Of a stretch of DNA of 28,839 nucleotides, positions 15,185 to 24,640 are shown in pieces; the first letter of the stretch is position 1, and each line of letters starts with the position of its first letter. The position numbers and the translations under genes were made by a program. Source of the DNA: a virus (Duplodnaviria > Caudoviricetes). The notes beneath the pieces were generated by a model. That model saw nothing but the letters and a program-made list of their open reading frames with translations. It made no database searches and was not told where the DNA came from. The DNA is taken from positions 1 through 28,839 of IMG/VR virus record IMGVR_UViG_3300033067_000694; one strand, written 5' to 3'.

Positions 15185-15874
15185 TTACGGGGTTTCCTCG
15201 GTCCAGGTGCCGCCGTAGCCCTGCGCAACCCAGTCACCGTTGGTGTTGGCCTTGAGTTGGACCCATTCGCCCGCAGCGTTGGCGGTGACGTACTCGCCGT
15301 CGGCGGGGGCGAGCGAGATGAGGTACAGGATCTTGTCGGACGAGCCTGGGTCGATGCGAAGTTCTTGAGCCGCCTGCACGTAGAAGTGGAACGTCACGTT
15401 GGGGGACGGGGCCGACGGCAGGGCGAACGTAACCGCGCCAGCCGCGCCAAGGTTGGTGCAGGTCGCGCCGGACTCGGATTCGAGCAGCGTGCGGGAGCCG
15501 GACGCGAGCACGATCTGCGGGGGAATGTCCACCCGCGCGGAGGTGTCAAGCTGGGCGAACCCGTCGGTGCCAGCCGCGATCGTGCAAAGGCCCTCGACCA
15601 CGCCGGTGGCCGCGCTGGACACCTTGCCGTCGTCAGCGCCGCGAAGCAGCGTGCCGAGCGTGCAAGCCGCCGAAGCCGTCACCGCGTGAAGGCCGGTGCC
15701 CCAGACGAAGAACTTGCCGGAATCGCCGGACGCAACGTACACGTCGCTGATGTGGGTTGCGCGGTCGTAAGCGTCGGCGTAGACCGCCTGACCGCTGGTG
15801 TTGAGCTTGACGCGACGCTTGGCCTCGATTGCCTCGCCCGCGACGAGAGAAACGGGATTCAACTGGGTCTGCAT
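15185..15874 (-). CDS. Capsid cement/decoration protein (DUF2190-like) with an extra C-terminal domain (229 aa)
   Basis: AGEAIEAKRRVKL...VTASAACTLGTLLRGADDGKV cement-like N-half; C-half VTFALPSAP...FHFYV. Confidence 0.65.
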   Translation of the reverse strand: MQTQLNPVSLVAGEAIEAKRRVKLNTSGQAVYADAYDRATHISDVYVASGDSGKFFVWGTGLHAVTASAACTLGTLLRGADDGKVSSAATGVVEGLCTIAAGTDGFAQLDTSARVDIPPQIVLASGSRTLLESESGATCTNLGAAGAVTFALPSAPSPNVTFHFYVQAAQELRIDPGSSDKILYLISLAPADGEYVTANAAGEWVQLKANTNGDWVAQGYGGTWTEETP

Positions 15875-15933
15875 GGTGAGTCTCTTTCGATTGGCGGGCT
15901 AGTGCCGCGCCTGTGCGTGTGTGTGGTTGACGA

Positions 15934-17214
15934 TCAAACCGTGACTTCGGTTTCGGCCTCGGTGATCGCGCCCTTGCGGGTCATGGCCGGGACGGTGCCG
16001 AAGGCGTACTCGCCGCTGGCGGACATCTGGGCCAGCGCCTTGGTCGGGCCGATCGTGTCGGCCAGTTCCATGAACTTGGCGTAGCCGGTGACGCCGAGGG
16101 CGCTGGGCTTGGCGGATGCCGCGCCCTTGGCGGGAGTGCCGCGGGTGTTGGTCACGGCGGGCTCTGCGCCACGCTGGGCCTCGGCGGTGGTCGCGGGTGC
16201 CTTGGTCGCTTCGGCGGCGGCGAGCCGCTGGCGGAGCAACGCGGCGTTCGCGGCCCAAGCAGCGGACTCGGTGAGCCCCTGTTCCTGCGCCGTCACGATG
16301 AACTGCGGGTCATCGCCGAAGTTCGCTTTGAGGAAAGCGAACGTCGCGGGGACGGTCGCCGGATTGACCTGCGAAGCCGTCGCAGTGGCGGTGCCCTGAG
16401 GGGCCTCAGCGGTCGTGGACATGGGAACTCCAATCCGGCCAACAGGACCGGGCATTGCCAGCTTCGCGCCGGCGGGGTATCGCGTTGACAAGTCGCGCAG
16501 GAACTCGTCCGTGCTGCCGACTACGCGGTCGATGAGCTTGTTTGCCTTGGCGGTCGCGGCGGTAAAGATTGCACCCTTGAAGCCCTGAACGGCATCGGCG
16601 GTGATCCCGCGCGCGGTCGCAACCTCGGCGAAGAACGCGGCGCACTGCTCGTGCGTCACCGCGTCAATCGACGCCTTCATTTCGTCGGTAATCGGCACGC
16701 CGTACGCGCCGATCGCCTTCATCGGCGCATCGGTGGACACGACGGGCGTAAGCCCTTCCTTCTCGGCGGCCTTGCTGGTATCCATGCCCATCCAGACCAC
16801 GCCGATGGAGCCGACCATCGCATTGGGAACCGCCGCGATGTCGCCGGCAACAGCCGCCATCCGGTATGCGTTGCTCGCGCACACGCCGCACGCAAGGGCG
16901 TGGATCTGCTTCGTCTCGGCCAGCTTGCGGACGGCGTACATCGCGTCGTCCATGCCGCTGGTGTCGCCGCCGGGGGAGTCGATCAGCACGGCCACGCCAG
17001 AGACGCGCGGGTCCATGCGGAGCGCCGTCGCCGTCGCCACAACCGCGTCGATCGTGCCGAACCAGTCGGACTTGAATAGGCGGCCACTGATACGGAACAC
17101 GCCGAGCGATGTCCCGGGCATGACCTCGTAGCCGAGTTGGTTGACGTTCTGCGGGCCAAGGCTGAGCCGAAGCTCTACGCCAAGATCCTCGGCAGTGGTG
17201 GTGATTGGGTTCAT
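15934..17214 (-). CDS. S49 (SppA/lambda gpC-like) prohead protease with C-terminal scaffold region (426 aa)
   Basis: LIDSPGG, CASNAY, VGSIGV, LIDRV; low-complexity C-terminus from MSTTAEAPQ may be a nested Nu3-like scaffold. Confidence 0.9.
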   Translation of the reverse strand: MNPITTTAEDLGVELRLSLGPQNVNQLGYEVMPGTSLGVFRISGRLFKSDWFGTIDAVVATATALRMDPRVSGVAVLIDSPGGDTSGMDDAMYAVRKLAETKQIHALACGVCASNAYRMAAVAGDIAAVPNAMVGSIGVVWMGMDTSKAAEKEGLTPVVSTDAPMKAIGAYGVPITDEMKASIDAVTHEQCAAFFAEVATARGITADAVQGFKGAIFTAATAKANKLIDRVVGSTDEFLRDLSTRYPAGAKLAMPGPVGRIGVPMSTTAEAPQGTATATASQVNPATVPATFAFLKANFGDDPQFIVTAQEQGLTESAAWAANAALLRQRLAAAEATKAPATTAEAQRGAEPAVTNTRGTPAKGAASAKPSALGVTGYAKFMELADTIGPTKALAQMSASGEYAFGTVPAMTRKGAITEAETEVTV

Positions 17215-18821
17215 ACTGCGGTGTCCTGTGTGGTGGACTGATCGGGCGTCGCGCCGTCAATGGGCTTTGCGCCGGGCAAGGCGGCGGGCACGATCCCGTT
17301 CGCAATCTCTCCGGCCCGTTCCTCGCCGCGAACCCTGTCAACGCTTTCGGTGTCGCCCGTTCCGAGTCGATCGAGAACCTGCTGCTTGGTCATGAAGTTG
17401 TTGTTGACGGCATCGACGTAGCCCTTGACCTCTTCGGAGAACGACAGGACCGGCGGATCAGGGAACTGCACATTGACCTTGCGCCAGTCAACCGCGCCGG
17501 CACGAGGGAGCATCCCGCGCTTGGTCCAGTCTTCCATCTTCCAACGCCACTGGGCACGGACCCAACGCGACAGATACTCCTGCTGCCGCTGGTGGCACCG
17601 CGCGGCCATCGCAAGAATCGCCTTGATGTTCGACCACGACAGGCCGCTCGCGTCGTACAGGAGTGCCGCGTTCGGCAGGCCCTCTTCGGCACCAAGCAGC
17701 ATGAATAGCGTCTTCACGAACTCGGCAAAGTTTGTCTGCGGGAACTTGGTTTCAAGCTGCGAAATCTTCTCGCCGGGCTTGAGGAAGTGAACCGACGCCG
17801 GGCCGATGTCGATGTTGCGCCGACCCGTGCTGGGCTGTGTGCCGCTTGCCGCGGCCTCCATGCCCGCCTGCCACTGCGAAGAGTCGGGCGACTCGATGAA
17901 CGTGCTGAGGAACGTGCCAAGCTCGGCGGCGATGCCGGTGTTCTTGATGAACGATTCGGCGATGTAGTGCAATTCCCAATGGGCCTGAATGCTGGGCTCG
18001 CCGCGAACGCTGCCAATCCACTCGTCGTTCGGGTTGCTCAGGAAGTACGTGAACTCATCGGCGGGGTGGGTCACGATGTCCCGAACCGTCGTGCCAGTGC
18101 CAGCATCCCAGTTGCCGTACCAAAATGCCGTCGGACGCCCGTACTCGTTCAACTCGACGCCATCGACGATGCGGTTGTTGGTGCCCTCGGCAACTTGGAA
18201 CATGCCGCCGGACGGCTTGGGACCACGAAGCAGCAGGCCCTCGATGAACTGCATCGACCCGAACTTGGTCTTTTGGGTCAATACGTCGCCTTCGGTGCGG
18301 AACGCCTTGTTGATCGCGTGCAACGCCTGTACGCCGTTCCAACGCCCGCGAATGTCGTAGTCGCCTACGTCTTCCTCGCCGCGCTGAAAGAACCAGTCGT
18401 TGAACAACGCCGACGCGCGTTCGCGGTACTTCTTGTTCGCCGCGGTGGACAGGATTGTCGGGCCGTCGCCAACGATGTACTCGCCGGTTCGCTTGATGAT
18501 CCCTCGCGCGATCGGGTTGTCCCGCGCCAACTGCTGGCACGCAACGATGATCCGCTCGCGGTCCCAACCGTTCAACTGCGATGCCGCGCTACCGATCCCG
18601 GACCAAGCGATCTGGCGCGAGCGATGCGACGGGACAGTCGCCGCCGCATACCTGCCCTCGGTCTGGATCACGTCTGGATCGGCCCGCCGCCACGGAGCGG
18701 AGAACTCGGCTTTCAGCTTGACCAGATCGACTCCGAACGCATCGCGGAACTTCTGGTATGCCTCTGCGCGTAGGGCGTCCGGCGCGATTGCCACGCCGGA
18801 ACTTGGAGATGGGGAAGGCAT
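17211..18821 (-). CDS. Portal protein, lambda family (536 aa)
   Basis: LARDNPIARG, VGDG, DGVELNEYGRPTAFW, VRGEP, LKPGE; start probably ATG 18821 after the gpW-like stop. Confidence 0.92.
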   Translation of the reverse strand: MPSPSPSSGVAIAPDALRAEAYQKFRDAFGVDLVKLKAEFSAPWRRADPDVIQTEGRYAAATVPSHRSRQIAWSGIGSAASQLNGWDRERIIVACQQLARDNPIARGIIKRTGEYIVGDGPTILSTAANKKYRERASALFNDWFFQRGEEDVGDYDIRGRWNGVQALHAINKAFRTEGDVLTQKTKFGSMQFIEGLLLRGPKPSGGMFQVAEGTNNRIVDGVELNEYGRPTAFWYGNWDAGTGTTVRDIVTHPADEFTYFLSNPNDEWIGSVRGEPSIQAHWELHYIAESFIKNTGIAAELGTFLSTFIESPDSSQWQAGMEAAASGTQPSTGRRNIDIGPASVHFLKPGEKISQLETKFPQTNFAEFVKTLFMLLGAEEGLPNAALLYDASGLSWSNIKAILAMAARCHQRQQEYLSRWVRAQWRWKMEDWTKRGMLPRAGAVDWRKVNVQFPDPPVLSFSEEVKGYVDAVNNNFMTKQQVLDRLGTGDTESVDRVRGEERAGEIANGIVPAALPGAKPIDGATPDQSTTQDTAV

Positions 18822-18822
18822 T

Positions 18823-19074
18823 TCAGTTGCGGAGGAATCGGACGCGGGACGCGCGGTGGCCGGTGGATGCGTCAAGCTGGGCCTGCATCCGAAAGTGCAA
18901 ATCCTGAAGGTCGCGGATCTTGGTGTTGAGCGCCGACCGGCTTACCGAATCGCCGCTCGAACTCACATCCAACCCGGCAGACATGGCCTCAAGCTCGCCG
19001 ATGTACGACGCCAAACGCGACACCCGCGTTGCGAGGTCATACGACGAACTGAAGTAGTCGTGGTAGGTGGTCAC
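18823..19074 (-). CDS. gpW-like head-tail adaptor (83 aa)
   Basis: Immediately upstream of portal; helix-beta hairpin-helix pattern with a basic C-terminus. Confidence 0.55.
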   Translation of the reverse strand: MTTYHDYFSSSYDLATRVSRLASYIGELEAMSAGLDVSSSGDSVSRSALNTKIRDLQDLHFRMQAQLDASTGHRASRVRFLRN

Positions 19075-19077
19075 GGG

Positions 19078-19461
19078 TTATCCGCCAAGGGCGGCGATTT
19101 CAGCGTTGACCGCCTTTAACTGGGGGGCGGCTTCGATCCACGCAAGCTTGGCCCGATCGACGGCGGCGGTGGCGTCCGAGATTCTGGCACGGAACTCACG
19201 CTGCGACTTCTCGGCGGCCTCGCTGACGGCCTTGTACGCGGCGGACGCGGCGGTGTACGCATCCTCGCAGGCGGCCAAGGCGTTGCGGGTGGCAATCAGG
19301 TCGGCGGGCACCACGGGGGCCGGAGCGGGCACCGGCGCGTGGGCCGGGGCCGGGGCCTGTTCCACGACTGCCGCGGCGGGCGCGGGGGCGTCAGGTTGAA
19401 CCGGCGCGGCTGCGGCGCTTGTGGACGCTGGAACGTCGGACGGGTTGAATCGCTTTGCCAT
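19078..19461 (-). CDS. Pro/Ala-rich, coiled-coil hypothetical protein (127 aa)
   Basis: AGGA RBS; PAPAP linker followed by Ala-rich heptads. Confidence 0.7.
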   Translation of the reverse strand: MAKRFNPSDVPASTSAAAAPVQPDAPAPAAAVVEQAPAPAHAPVPAPAPVVPADLIATRNALAACEDAYTAASAAYKAVSEAAEKSQREFRARISDATAAVDRAKLAWIEAAPQLKAVNAEIAALGG

Positions 19462-19666
19462 TGTCGTTTCCTACGAACGCCGTCACCTTCGCGCGGACCC
19501 GCGACACCAGATCCTTGAACGTGCTCGCCGGGACATCGACAGACCGCGCGGCGTCGCCGCACGTCTCGTTTCCCTCAAGCACCGCCCAGACCGCATCGCA
19601 CAGGCGCACGTCACCATCGACGGTGCCCATCACAAACGCCCGAACTTGGTCACGCGGAATAGACAT
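19391..19666 (-). CDS. Small HTH DNA-binding protein (sigma region-4-like); start 19666 or 19717
   Basis: TCGDAARSVDVPASTFKDLVSRVRAKV HTH pattern; C-terminus overlaps the next gene. Confidence 0.5.
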   Translation of the reverse strand: MSIPRDQVRAFVMGTVDGDVRLCDAVWAVLEGNETCGDAARSVDVPASTFKDLVSRVRAKVTAFVGNDNGKAIQPVRRSSVHKRRSRAGST

Positions 19667-19723
19667 CGCCTCTATATAACCCCCACTTCGGACGGAAAAA
19701 CCGGCCAGTTTGACCACCTTGGT

Positions 19724-21808
19724 TTACAAAAGCGACTTGCGGCCACGCTCGGAAAGTAGCGTTTGCCGCTGGAATTGTGGCGTTTCTTCAGATTCTTGAG
19801 AATCTTTTCGGGTTGGTTCGGCGCGCGTCACCGCCTCGGACACCAGCCCGACACACGACTCCAAGTACGCCGCGCCGCAGGCGTGGGCCGCGGCGATGGA
19901 GTACGTCCCGCCGTCGAACCAATGGTTCTCAAGCTGGCCCTCGCGTAGCTGCCATTCATACGACTTCTCTAGCTTCCCCTTCTTACGGGACTTGTGAACC
20001 ACGCACTCCTCGGACGCCATGTGGTTTAGGTACCGCTCGTCCACGTCGGCGGGAAACGCCCATTGCATCGCCTCGGACTCGGCCCGCCGAAGATCCTCGG
20101 TCACGACTTCCTGGTCGTCGTCGGCGGTCGCAACGAACCCGTCGTGCGGGAGCGCGAGCCCGATCGCGCGGTGCGTCCACATCTTCCATGCGTGCGAATG
20201 GACCTTGAGCAACTTGACCGGGAACCTTGGGGTAAACCCCAGAGACTTCGGATCAAGCGTGGACAGGTCGTGCATTGACTTCATGTAATTGGAACTGCGA
20301 TCCTTGCCGAACGCCTTGAGCGCCCAGACGTTCGGGCGCGACCCGGCGTATTCGTACACCTCGCGCATGTGGTCGCCGTCGCCCGAGTCGATGACGGTCT
20401 GCGAAATCCGCATAAACCGCCCGTCGGTCCGTCGCCACAGCCGCTCACGGAGCGAGTCAAGCACGGCCAGCCCGTGCCCAAGCGGTGCCTCTAGGCATTC
20501 GTATGCGACCGTCCAGACCCGCCGCATGCGCGGGCCTATCGCGGTGACGTGCGCGTAGAGGCTCCGGTCCTGGCGGTCAACGCCGCACACCAGGGCGATC
20601 GCTTCCGCCGGCACAAAGCCCAGCCGGTGCCCGGCGTCGATCCGGGAGCGAAGGGCCTCCATGTTCGCCTTGCCGCTAGTCCGCTGCCGCCATGCCCGCC
20701 CTTCCTTGTGGCTCGCAAACTCCGGCGTGATGATCCCTTTGAGCGCCACGAAGTCCTTTGCCGCCGGGCCGTAGGGCGTCGGGATCAGGCCCGAGATCAG
20801 TTCGGGCCAGTGCCAGCCGCGGTGCGACCTTGGGGCTACGTCCTTTGGCCGCTCGGCGTAGGCGGACCCGTCGGCGTTGACCACCAGTTGCCACTGCTTG
20901 GGCACCCACACGCCGCGACGAAGCTGGCCCATGTTCTCCGCCGGCGGAATCATCGCGTGGCACTTTGGGCACTTGTACTTGGCGGTGGCCTTGGCCTGTT
21001 CGGGATCGACGTTGATGTCCCGAGAGTCGGGCCCGATCGTGCCATCGCGCTGAACGCCCTGCCACCGGACGCGCGAGAACGTGCGGACATGGAAGACCCC
21101 GCAGCCCGGGCACGGCACGTGGTACCGGCGCTGGTCGCTTAGGGCGTACTCGGAGTCGATACCTTCGCCGGCGATGCCGGGGTTGCCCAGCGTGATCGCC
21201 AGCCCGTCAACGTAGGTCTTCGTGCGTTCGATCGCCTTGTACGCCGTGCCAGCGTTGCAGCGGTCAAGCTCATCGACGATGACCAGGCCGCACGGCCACG
21301 AGTCAAGCTGGGTATCAGATCCGGCTCCGCGCCAGAGGATCTTCATGGTGCCGATCTTGGTCACGAGCGCCGACCCACCCTTGCGTTCGTATGGGTCGCG
21401 GTCCTCGGTGAGTTCGAGGTTGGCGATCGCGGGCATACTCCGCAGCGCCGGGCCAATGCGGAGCTTGTTGGTCTGTTGGACGATGGTCGCGGTGGGGAAC
21501 ACCATCATCGCCATAGTCGGGCGGCGGTCGATGAAGTACCCAAGGATCTGGATGTACGTTTCAGTCGCGCCGACTTGGGTTCCCTTGATGATCGTCATGC
21601 GGTCAACGGTCGGATCGTCAACGGCCTCGAACACCTCGCGCGCGTACGGCAGTCGGTTGATGTCGTATGGGCCGGGCGAGGCACCGATGTTGACCCATCC
21701 ATTGGTGCCCACCCACACGTCGCACGTGATCGGGTCGGGCGCACGAAGGCCCTCATCGACGGCCTGGGCGAGCGCGAGCCTAATTCGGTCTGACTGCATC
21801 GTGGTCAC
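19724..21808 (-). CDS. terL: Terminase large subunit, lambda gpA family (694 aa)
   Basis: KGTQVGATE Walker A, VIVDELD Walker B, SDQRRYHVPCPGCG, YKCPKC, CGVDRQ, IDSG, NHWFD; GTGA overlap with terS. Confidence 0.96.
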   Translation of the reverse strand: MTTMQSDRIRLALAQAVDEGLRAPDPITCDVWVGTNGWVNIGASPGPYDINRLPYAREVFEAVDDPTVDRMTIIKGTQVGATETYIQILGYFIDRRPTMAMMVFPTATIVQQTNKLRIGPALRSMPAIANLELTEDRDPYERKGGSALVTKIGTMKILWRGAGSDTQLDSWPCGLVIVDELDRCNAGTAYKAIERTKTYVDGLAITLGNPGIAGEGIDSEYALSDQRRYHVPCPGCGVFHVRTFSRVRWQGVQRDGTIGPDSRDINVDPEQAKATAKYKCPKCHAMIPPAENMGQLRRGVWVPKQWQLVVNADGSAYAERPKDVAPRSHRGWHWPELISGLIPTPYGPAAKDFVALKGIITPEFASHKEGRAWRQRTSGKANMEALRSRIDAGHRLGFVPAEAIALVCGVDRQDRSLYAHVTAIGPRMRRVWTVAYECLEAPLGHGLAVLDSLRERLWRRTDGRFMRISQTVIDSGDGDHMREVYEYAGSRPNVWALKAFGKDRSSNYMKSMHDLSTLDPKSLGFTPRFPVKLLKVHSHAWKMWTHRAIGLALPHDGFVATADDDQEVVTEDLRRAESEAMQWAFPADVDERYLNHMASEECVVHKSRKKGKLEKSYEWQLREGQLENHWFDGGTYSIAAAHACGAAYLESCVGLVSEAVTRAEPTRKDSQESEETPQFQRQTLLSERGRKSLL

Positions 21809-22479
21809 TGTTCCCACGCTTCCTTGCGCACGGCGTTTAGCCGACGAACCACCGCGGCGAGTGTCATCGTCTTCAGCTTCGCGCACCCCGCCGCGTCTAG
21901 CCCAAGCTCGCCGCCCTGCTGGGCCAGTTCGCCAGCAATCGCCAGCATTCCGGTTCTGATCCGCTCGCACAACGCCTTCATCGCGTCGCGCATTTCGTCG
22001 GCGTTCACCAGCTTTCCAGACTTGACCTCCCAGTCTGAAATGCGCCTAACGACCTCGAAGGCGGCACCGGACGCGGACAGGTCCGCGTGCGTTACGCCAC
22101 CCTCGATCATTTCAACCATCCCCTTGGACGTGACCGCGAGGCGGACGTTGCCGTTGCCCTTCTCGCCGATGATGCCGCGGGTGTCCGCCTTGGCGTCACT
22201 GGCGGCACTGGTGGCCGGTTCACTCGCCGCCTTCGTTCCTTTGGGGCGGCCAGCGCCGGGCCTCTTCCCGCCCGGACCCTTGGCGAACACCGAGCCAAAC
22301 TGCCCGTTCGCGTCGCGCTTTGCGGCGAGCCACGCATCGCACGCGGCGGCGTCGAACGTGTAGCACCGCCCCTGCTTCGTGGCGGGCATTCCGCGCCGGG
22401 CGTAATTGCTGATGGTCCTCGGTTCAACGCCGAACCGCTTCGCCATTTCGTCGCGTGTTAGCCGCGCCGGGTCGGTCAA
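21805..22479 (-). CDS. terS: Terminase small subunit, Nu1-like (224 aa)
   Basis: N-terminal winged HTH (EMAKRFGVEPRTISNYARRGMP...FDAAACDAWL), GKLV motif, coupled to terL. Confidence 0.85.
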   Translation of the reverse strand: MTDPARLTRDEMAKRFGVEPRTISNYARRGMPATKQGRCYTFDAAACDAWLAAKRDANGQFGSVFAKGPGGKRPGAGRPKGTKAASEPATSAASDAKADTRGIIGEKGNGNVRLAVTSKGMVEMIEGGVTHADLSASGAAFEVVRRISDWEVKSGKLVNADEMRDAMKALCERIRTGMLAIAGELAQQGGELGLDAAGCAKLKTMTLAAVVRRLNAVRKEAWEQ

Positions 22480-23000
22480 TCACTGGCCTCAAGCATCGCG
22501 GTTGCCTGCTTCTCAAGATCGGCCTCGCGCGGGCTCATCTTGCATTCCGTGTACCGCTCCACGCGCGCCCGCAGTTGCTCGGCGTTCGGCGCGGCGTAGC
22601 ACCGCGAGGCGTAGGCGTCGTACTGGGTCGGCCTTGATTCGTCGTCTGTGTTGCGGCTCGCGCCAAAGCCAAGGTTGATGCTGGCCCGCGTGAACTGGGC
22701 TTGCCGCTTGTCCGTGTCGTCGTATGCGGAGTCGAACGCCACGCCGGCGCTAGTCATCTGCGACGGCGGGTACATGCGGGGCGATGCGTTTGGAACCGAG
22801 CCGCCGGGCCGGAGCATGCCCAAGTGATCGACGACGGCATGGGCGCGGTCTGCCTTGTCGCGGGTTGGGATGCACGACGACCGCGCGGCCCCCGTAAGCA
22901 CTACCCGCGCGTTGGCGAACTCGTGAACGCGGGTGCGCTTTCGGGCCTGTCCGATGATGGATTTGCCGTCGGTCAGCAGCGTGTGATTTGAGCGGGCCAT
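22476..23000 (-). CDS. Hypothetical protein (174 aa) coupled to terS
   Basis: ATG 23000 with GGAGGA RBS; stop overlaps the terS TTG. Confidence 0.65.
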   Translation of the reverse strand: MARSNHTLLTDGKSIIGQARKRTRVHEFANARVVLTGAARSSCIPTRDKADRAHAVVDHLGMLRPGGSVPNASPRMYPPSQMTSAGVAFDSAYDDTDKRQAQFTRASINLGFGASRNTDDESRPTQYDAYASRCYAAPNAEQLRARVERYTECKMSPREADLEKQATAMLEASD

Positions 23001-23075
23001 GCGTTCCTCCGCGTCCTGCGTCGATCGCTGGTGAGTATACGTGCATTGCTGCACAAGTACGCCAGCGTGCAAGGA

Positions 23076-23600
23076 TTATCGCGGCTTCGCCTCCCTGTCC
23101 AGCACCTCGCAGACGAGCCTGCACACGTCGGCGGCGTGGTTGCCGGTTGACTCAACTTCGACGGATATGTCTACGCGGTCAATCGCTACCCACACACGAA
23201 TCTGCTTGTTGTTGTGCCAAAGCCGTGTGTGCCAAGACCATCCCTTCGGCTCGCACAGCGTCTCGAAGGCCGCGATCGCCGCGTCGATGGTGTCGAAGAT
23301 CGTGAATGTTCCCGTCACGCCGTCGCGAGACACCTTCACCGCCAACGGGTGAGTGCCGAACTTGTCTCGCAATGCCTCAGCGATCCTGTCCCGGTCCTGG
23401 TCGTGTTGGTTGCTCACACACCCCTCGCTTTCAGGACTTCGCCGAGCAACGCCCAGCGGTCGCGCAGTTCGGTCGCGGTCCGTCGCGGTCGTATACGTGC
23501 CGTCGTCGATCGACCCAAACTCCCAGACGGTCAGCCCATTGGACGCCGTGTAGGTCGTCCACCCCTCCAACCCCGCCACCTTGTCGCGTACTTCGTTCAC
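23076..23600 (-). CDS. Hypothetical protein (174 aa), possibly two fused small genes
   Basis: GTGA coupling; internal GAGGGG-GTG start-like site near 23416. Confidence 0.5.
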   Translation of the reverse strand: MNEVRDKVAGLEGWTTYTASNGLTVWEFGSIDDGTYTTATDRDRTARPLGVARRSPESEGCVSNQHDQDRDRIAEALRDKFGTHPLAVKVSRDGVTGTFTIFDTIDAAIAAFETLCEPKGWSWHTRLWHNNKQIRVWVAIDRVDISVEVESTGNHAADVCRLVCEVLDREAKPR

Positions 23601-23881
23601 AGTCCCGCCTCCTTTCGCGCGGCGTCGTGGTCATCCATTGCGGTGCCAAGCCGCGCCATGCGGATGATGTTGATGTTCTCGTTTTCTACGTCGCCCGTGC
23701 CGAGTTCGTCGTCGGTCGGGTAGTCGCGGTGCGCTTCACACTCCGCCCACGCCTTGGCGTAGAGGGCGTCCAACGTTTCCAGCCGGTCGGCGATGGTGCC
23801 GATTTCGTCATATGACAGGTCGTCCGGGTGGACATCGCGCAGCCACTCCGCCATCTCCGCCGTCGTCATCTCACTTGCCAT
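23597..23881 (-). CDS. Acidic hypothetical protein (94 aa)
   Basis: AAGGAGG RBS before ATG 23881. Confidence 0.7.
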   Translation of the reverse strand: MASEMTTAEMAEWLRDVHPDDLSYDEIGTIADRLETLDALYAKAWAECEAHRDYPTDDELGTGDVENENINIIRMARLGTAMDDHDAARKEAGL

Positions 23882-24077
23882 CGGGGCCTCCTTCACACTT
23901 GATGCCCAGTTCCACCATGATCCGTTCTACCGCGTCCGATCGCAGATGGGCCTTACCAGCTAGGTACCGGCTGATGCGGCCCTGCCCGACGCCTGTAGCC
24001 CGCGCCAACGCCGATTGCGAAACGCCGCGAACCGCCATGGCGTCGGCGATTGCGGCGCGGATGGGAGTTGGGGTCAC
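23871..24077 (-). CDS. XRE/Cro-family HTH regulator (68 aa)
   Basis: GVSQSALARATGVGQGRISRYLAG classic HTH_3 pattern. Confidence 0.88.
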   Translation of the reverse strand: MTPTPIRAAIADAMAVRGVSQSALARATGVGQGRISRYLAGKAHLRSDAVERIMVELGIKCEGGPDGK

Positions 24078-24358
24078 GCCTGCTCCTTGACCACTGCGCC
24101 TTTCGGCGTCACGCGCACGGCGTCGGCGTCAACCCCGATCCTGTCAAAGAGCCACGCACGCAGTTGGTCGTGGTTCTCGAAGGGCGTCTCGCCGACTGGT
24201 GCACCAGCAGCGAGCAATCGCTGGCGTCGCGTGTCGAACCCGGTCACTCGCATGTTCAACACGTTGTTGGCGTCGTTTGCATTCGCGTCCGCGGTCGTGA
24301 CGTAGACGGTTCCGCCGTTGGCCTTGCGAATCGAGAGGGTCATTTCTTGGCTGCTCAT
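24074..24358 (-). CDS. Hypothetical protein (94 aa)
   Basis: AAGGAG RBS before ATG 24358; GTGA-coupled to the HTH gene. Confidence 0.65.
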   Translation of the reverse strand: MSSQEMTLSIRKANGGTVYVTTADANANDANNVLNMRVTGFDTRRQRLLAAGAPVGETPFENHDQLRAWLFDRIGVDADAVRVTPKGAVVKEQA

Positions 24359-24369
24359 CAATGGCTCCT

Positions 24370-24606
24370 TTACTTGCACGCCTCGGTCATCTGGTTCCAC
24401 GTCGGCTCGCAGCCGAACACTTCCACAATGGCCGCGATCACGTCGCGGGAGATCGCCATCTTGGTGATGGTGTCGGTTGTTCCGGTGATGCGGATTGCGA
24501 AGCCGTCGCCAGCCTGTTCGAGATACGCCTTCACGTCGGCGGAGACAAGGCTGCCAGCAACGTAGAAGCGGTCGATCGTTCCTTTGGTCCAGCGGTTGAA
24601 TCGCAT
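24370..24606 (-). CDS. Hypothetical protein (78 aa), first gene after the internal promoter
   Basis: AAGGAG RBS before ATG 24606 (MRFNRWTKG...). Confidence 0.7.
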   Translation of the reverse strand: MRFNRWTKGTIDRFYVAGSLVSADVKAYLEQAGDGFAIRITGTTDTITKMAISRDVIAAIVEVFGCEPTWNQMTEACK

Positions 24607-24640
24607 TTCCACTCTCCTTGGGTCCATTCCCGACACCATG

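Noticed and set aside
9190-22479. Gene transfer agent or contractile injection system
   Set aside because: Lambda-type cos terminase, an early-gene region and no sheath indicate a siphovirus-like phage
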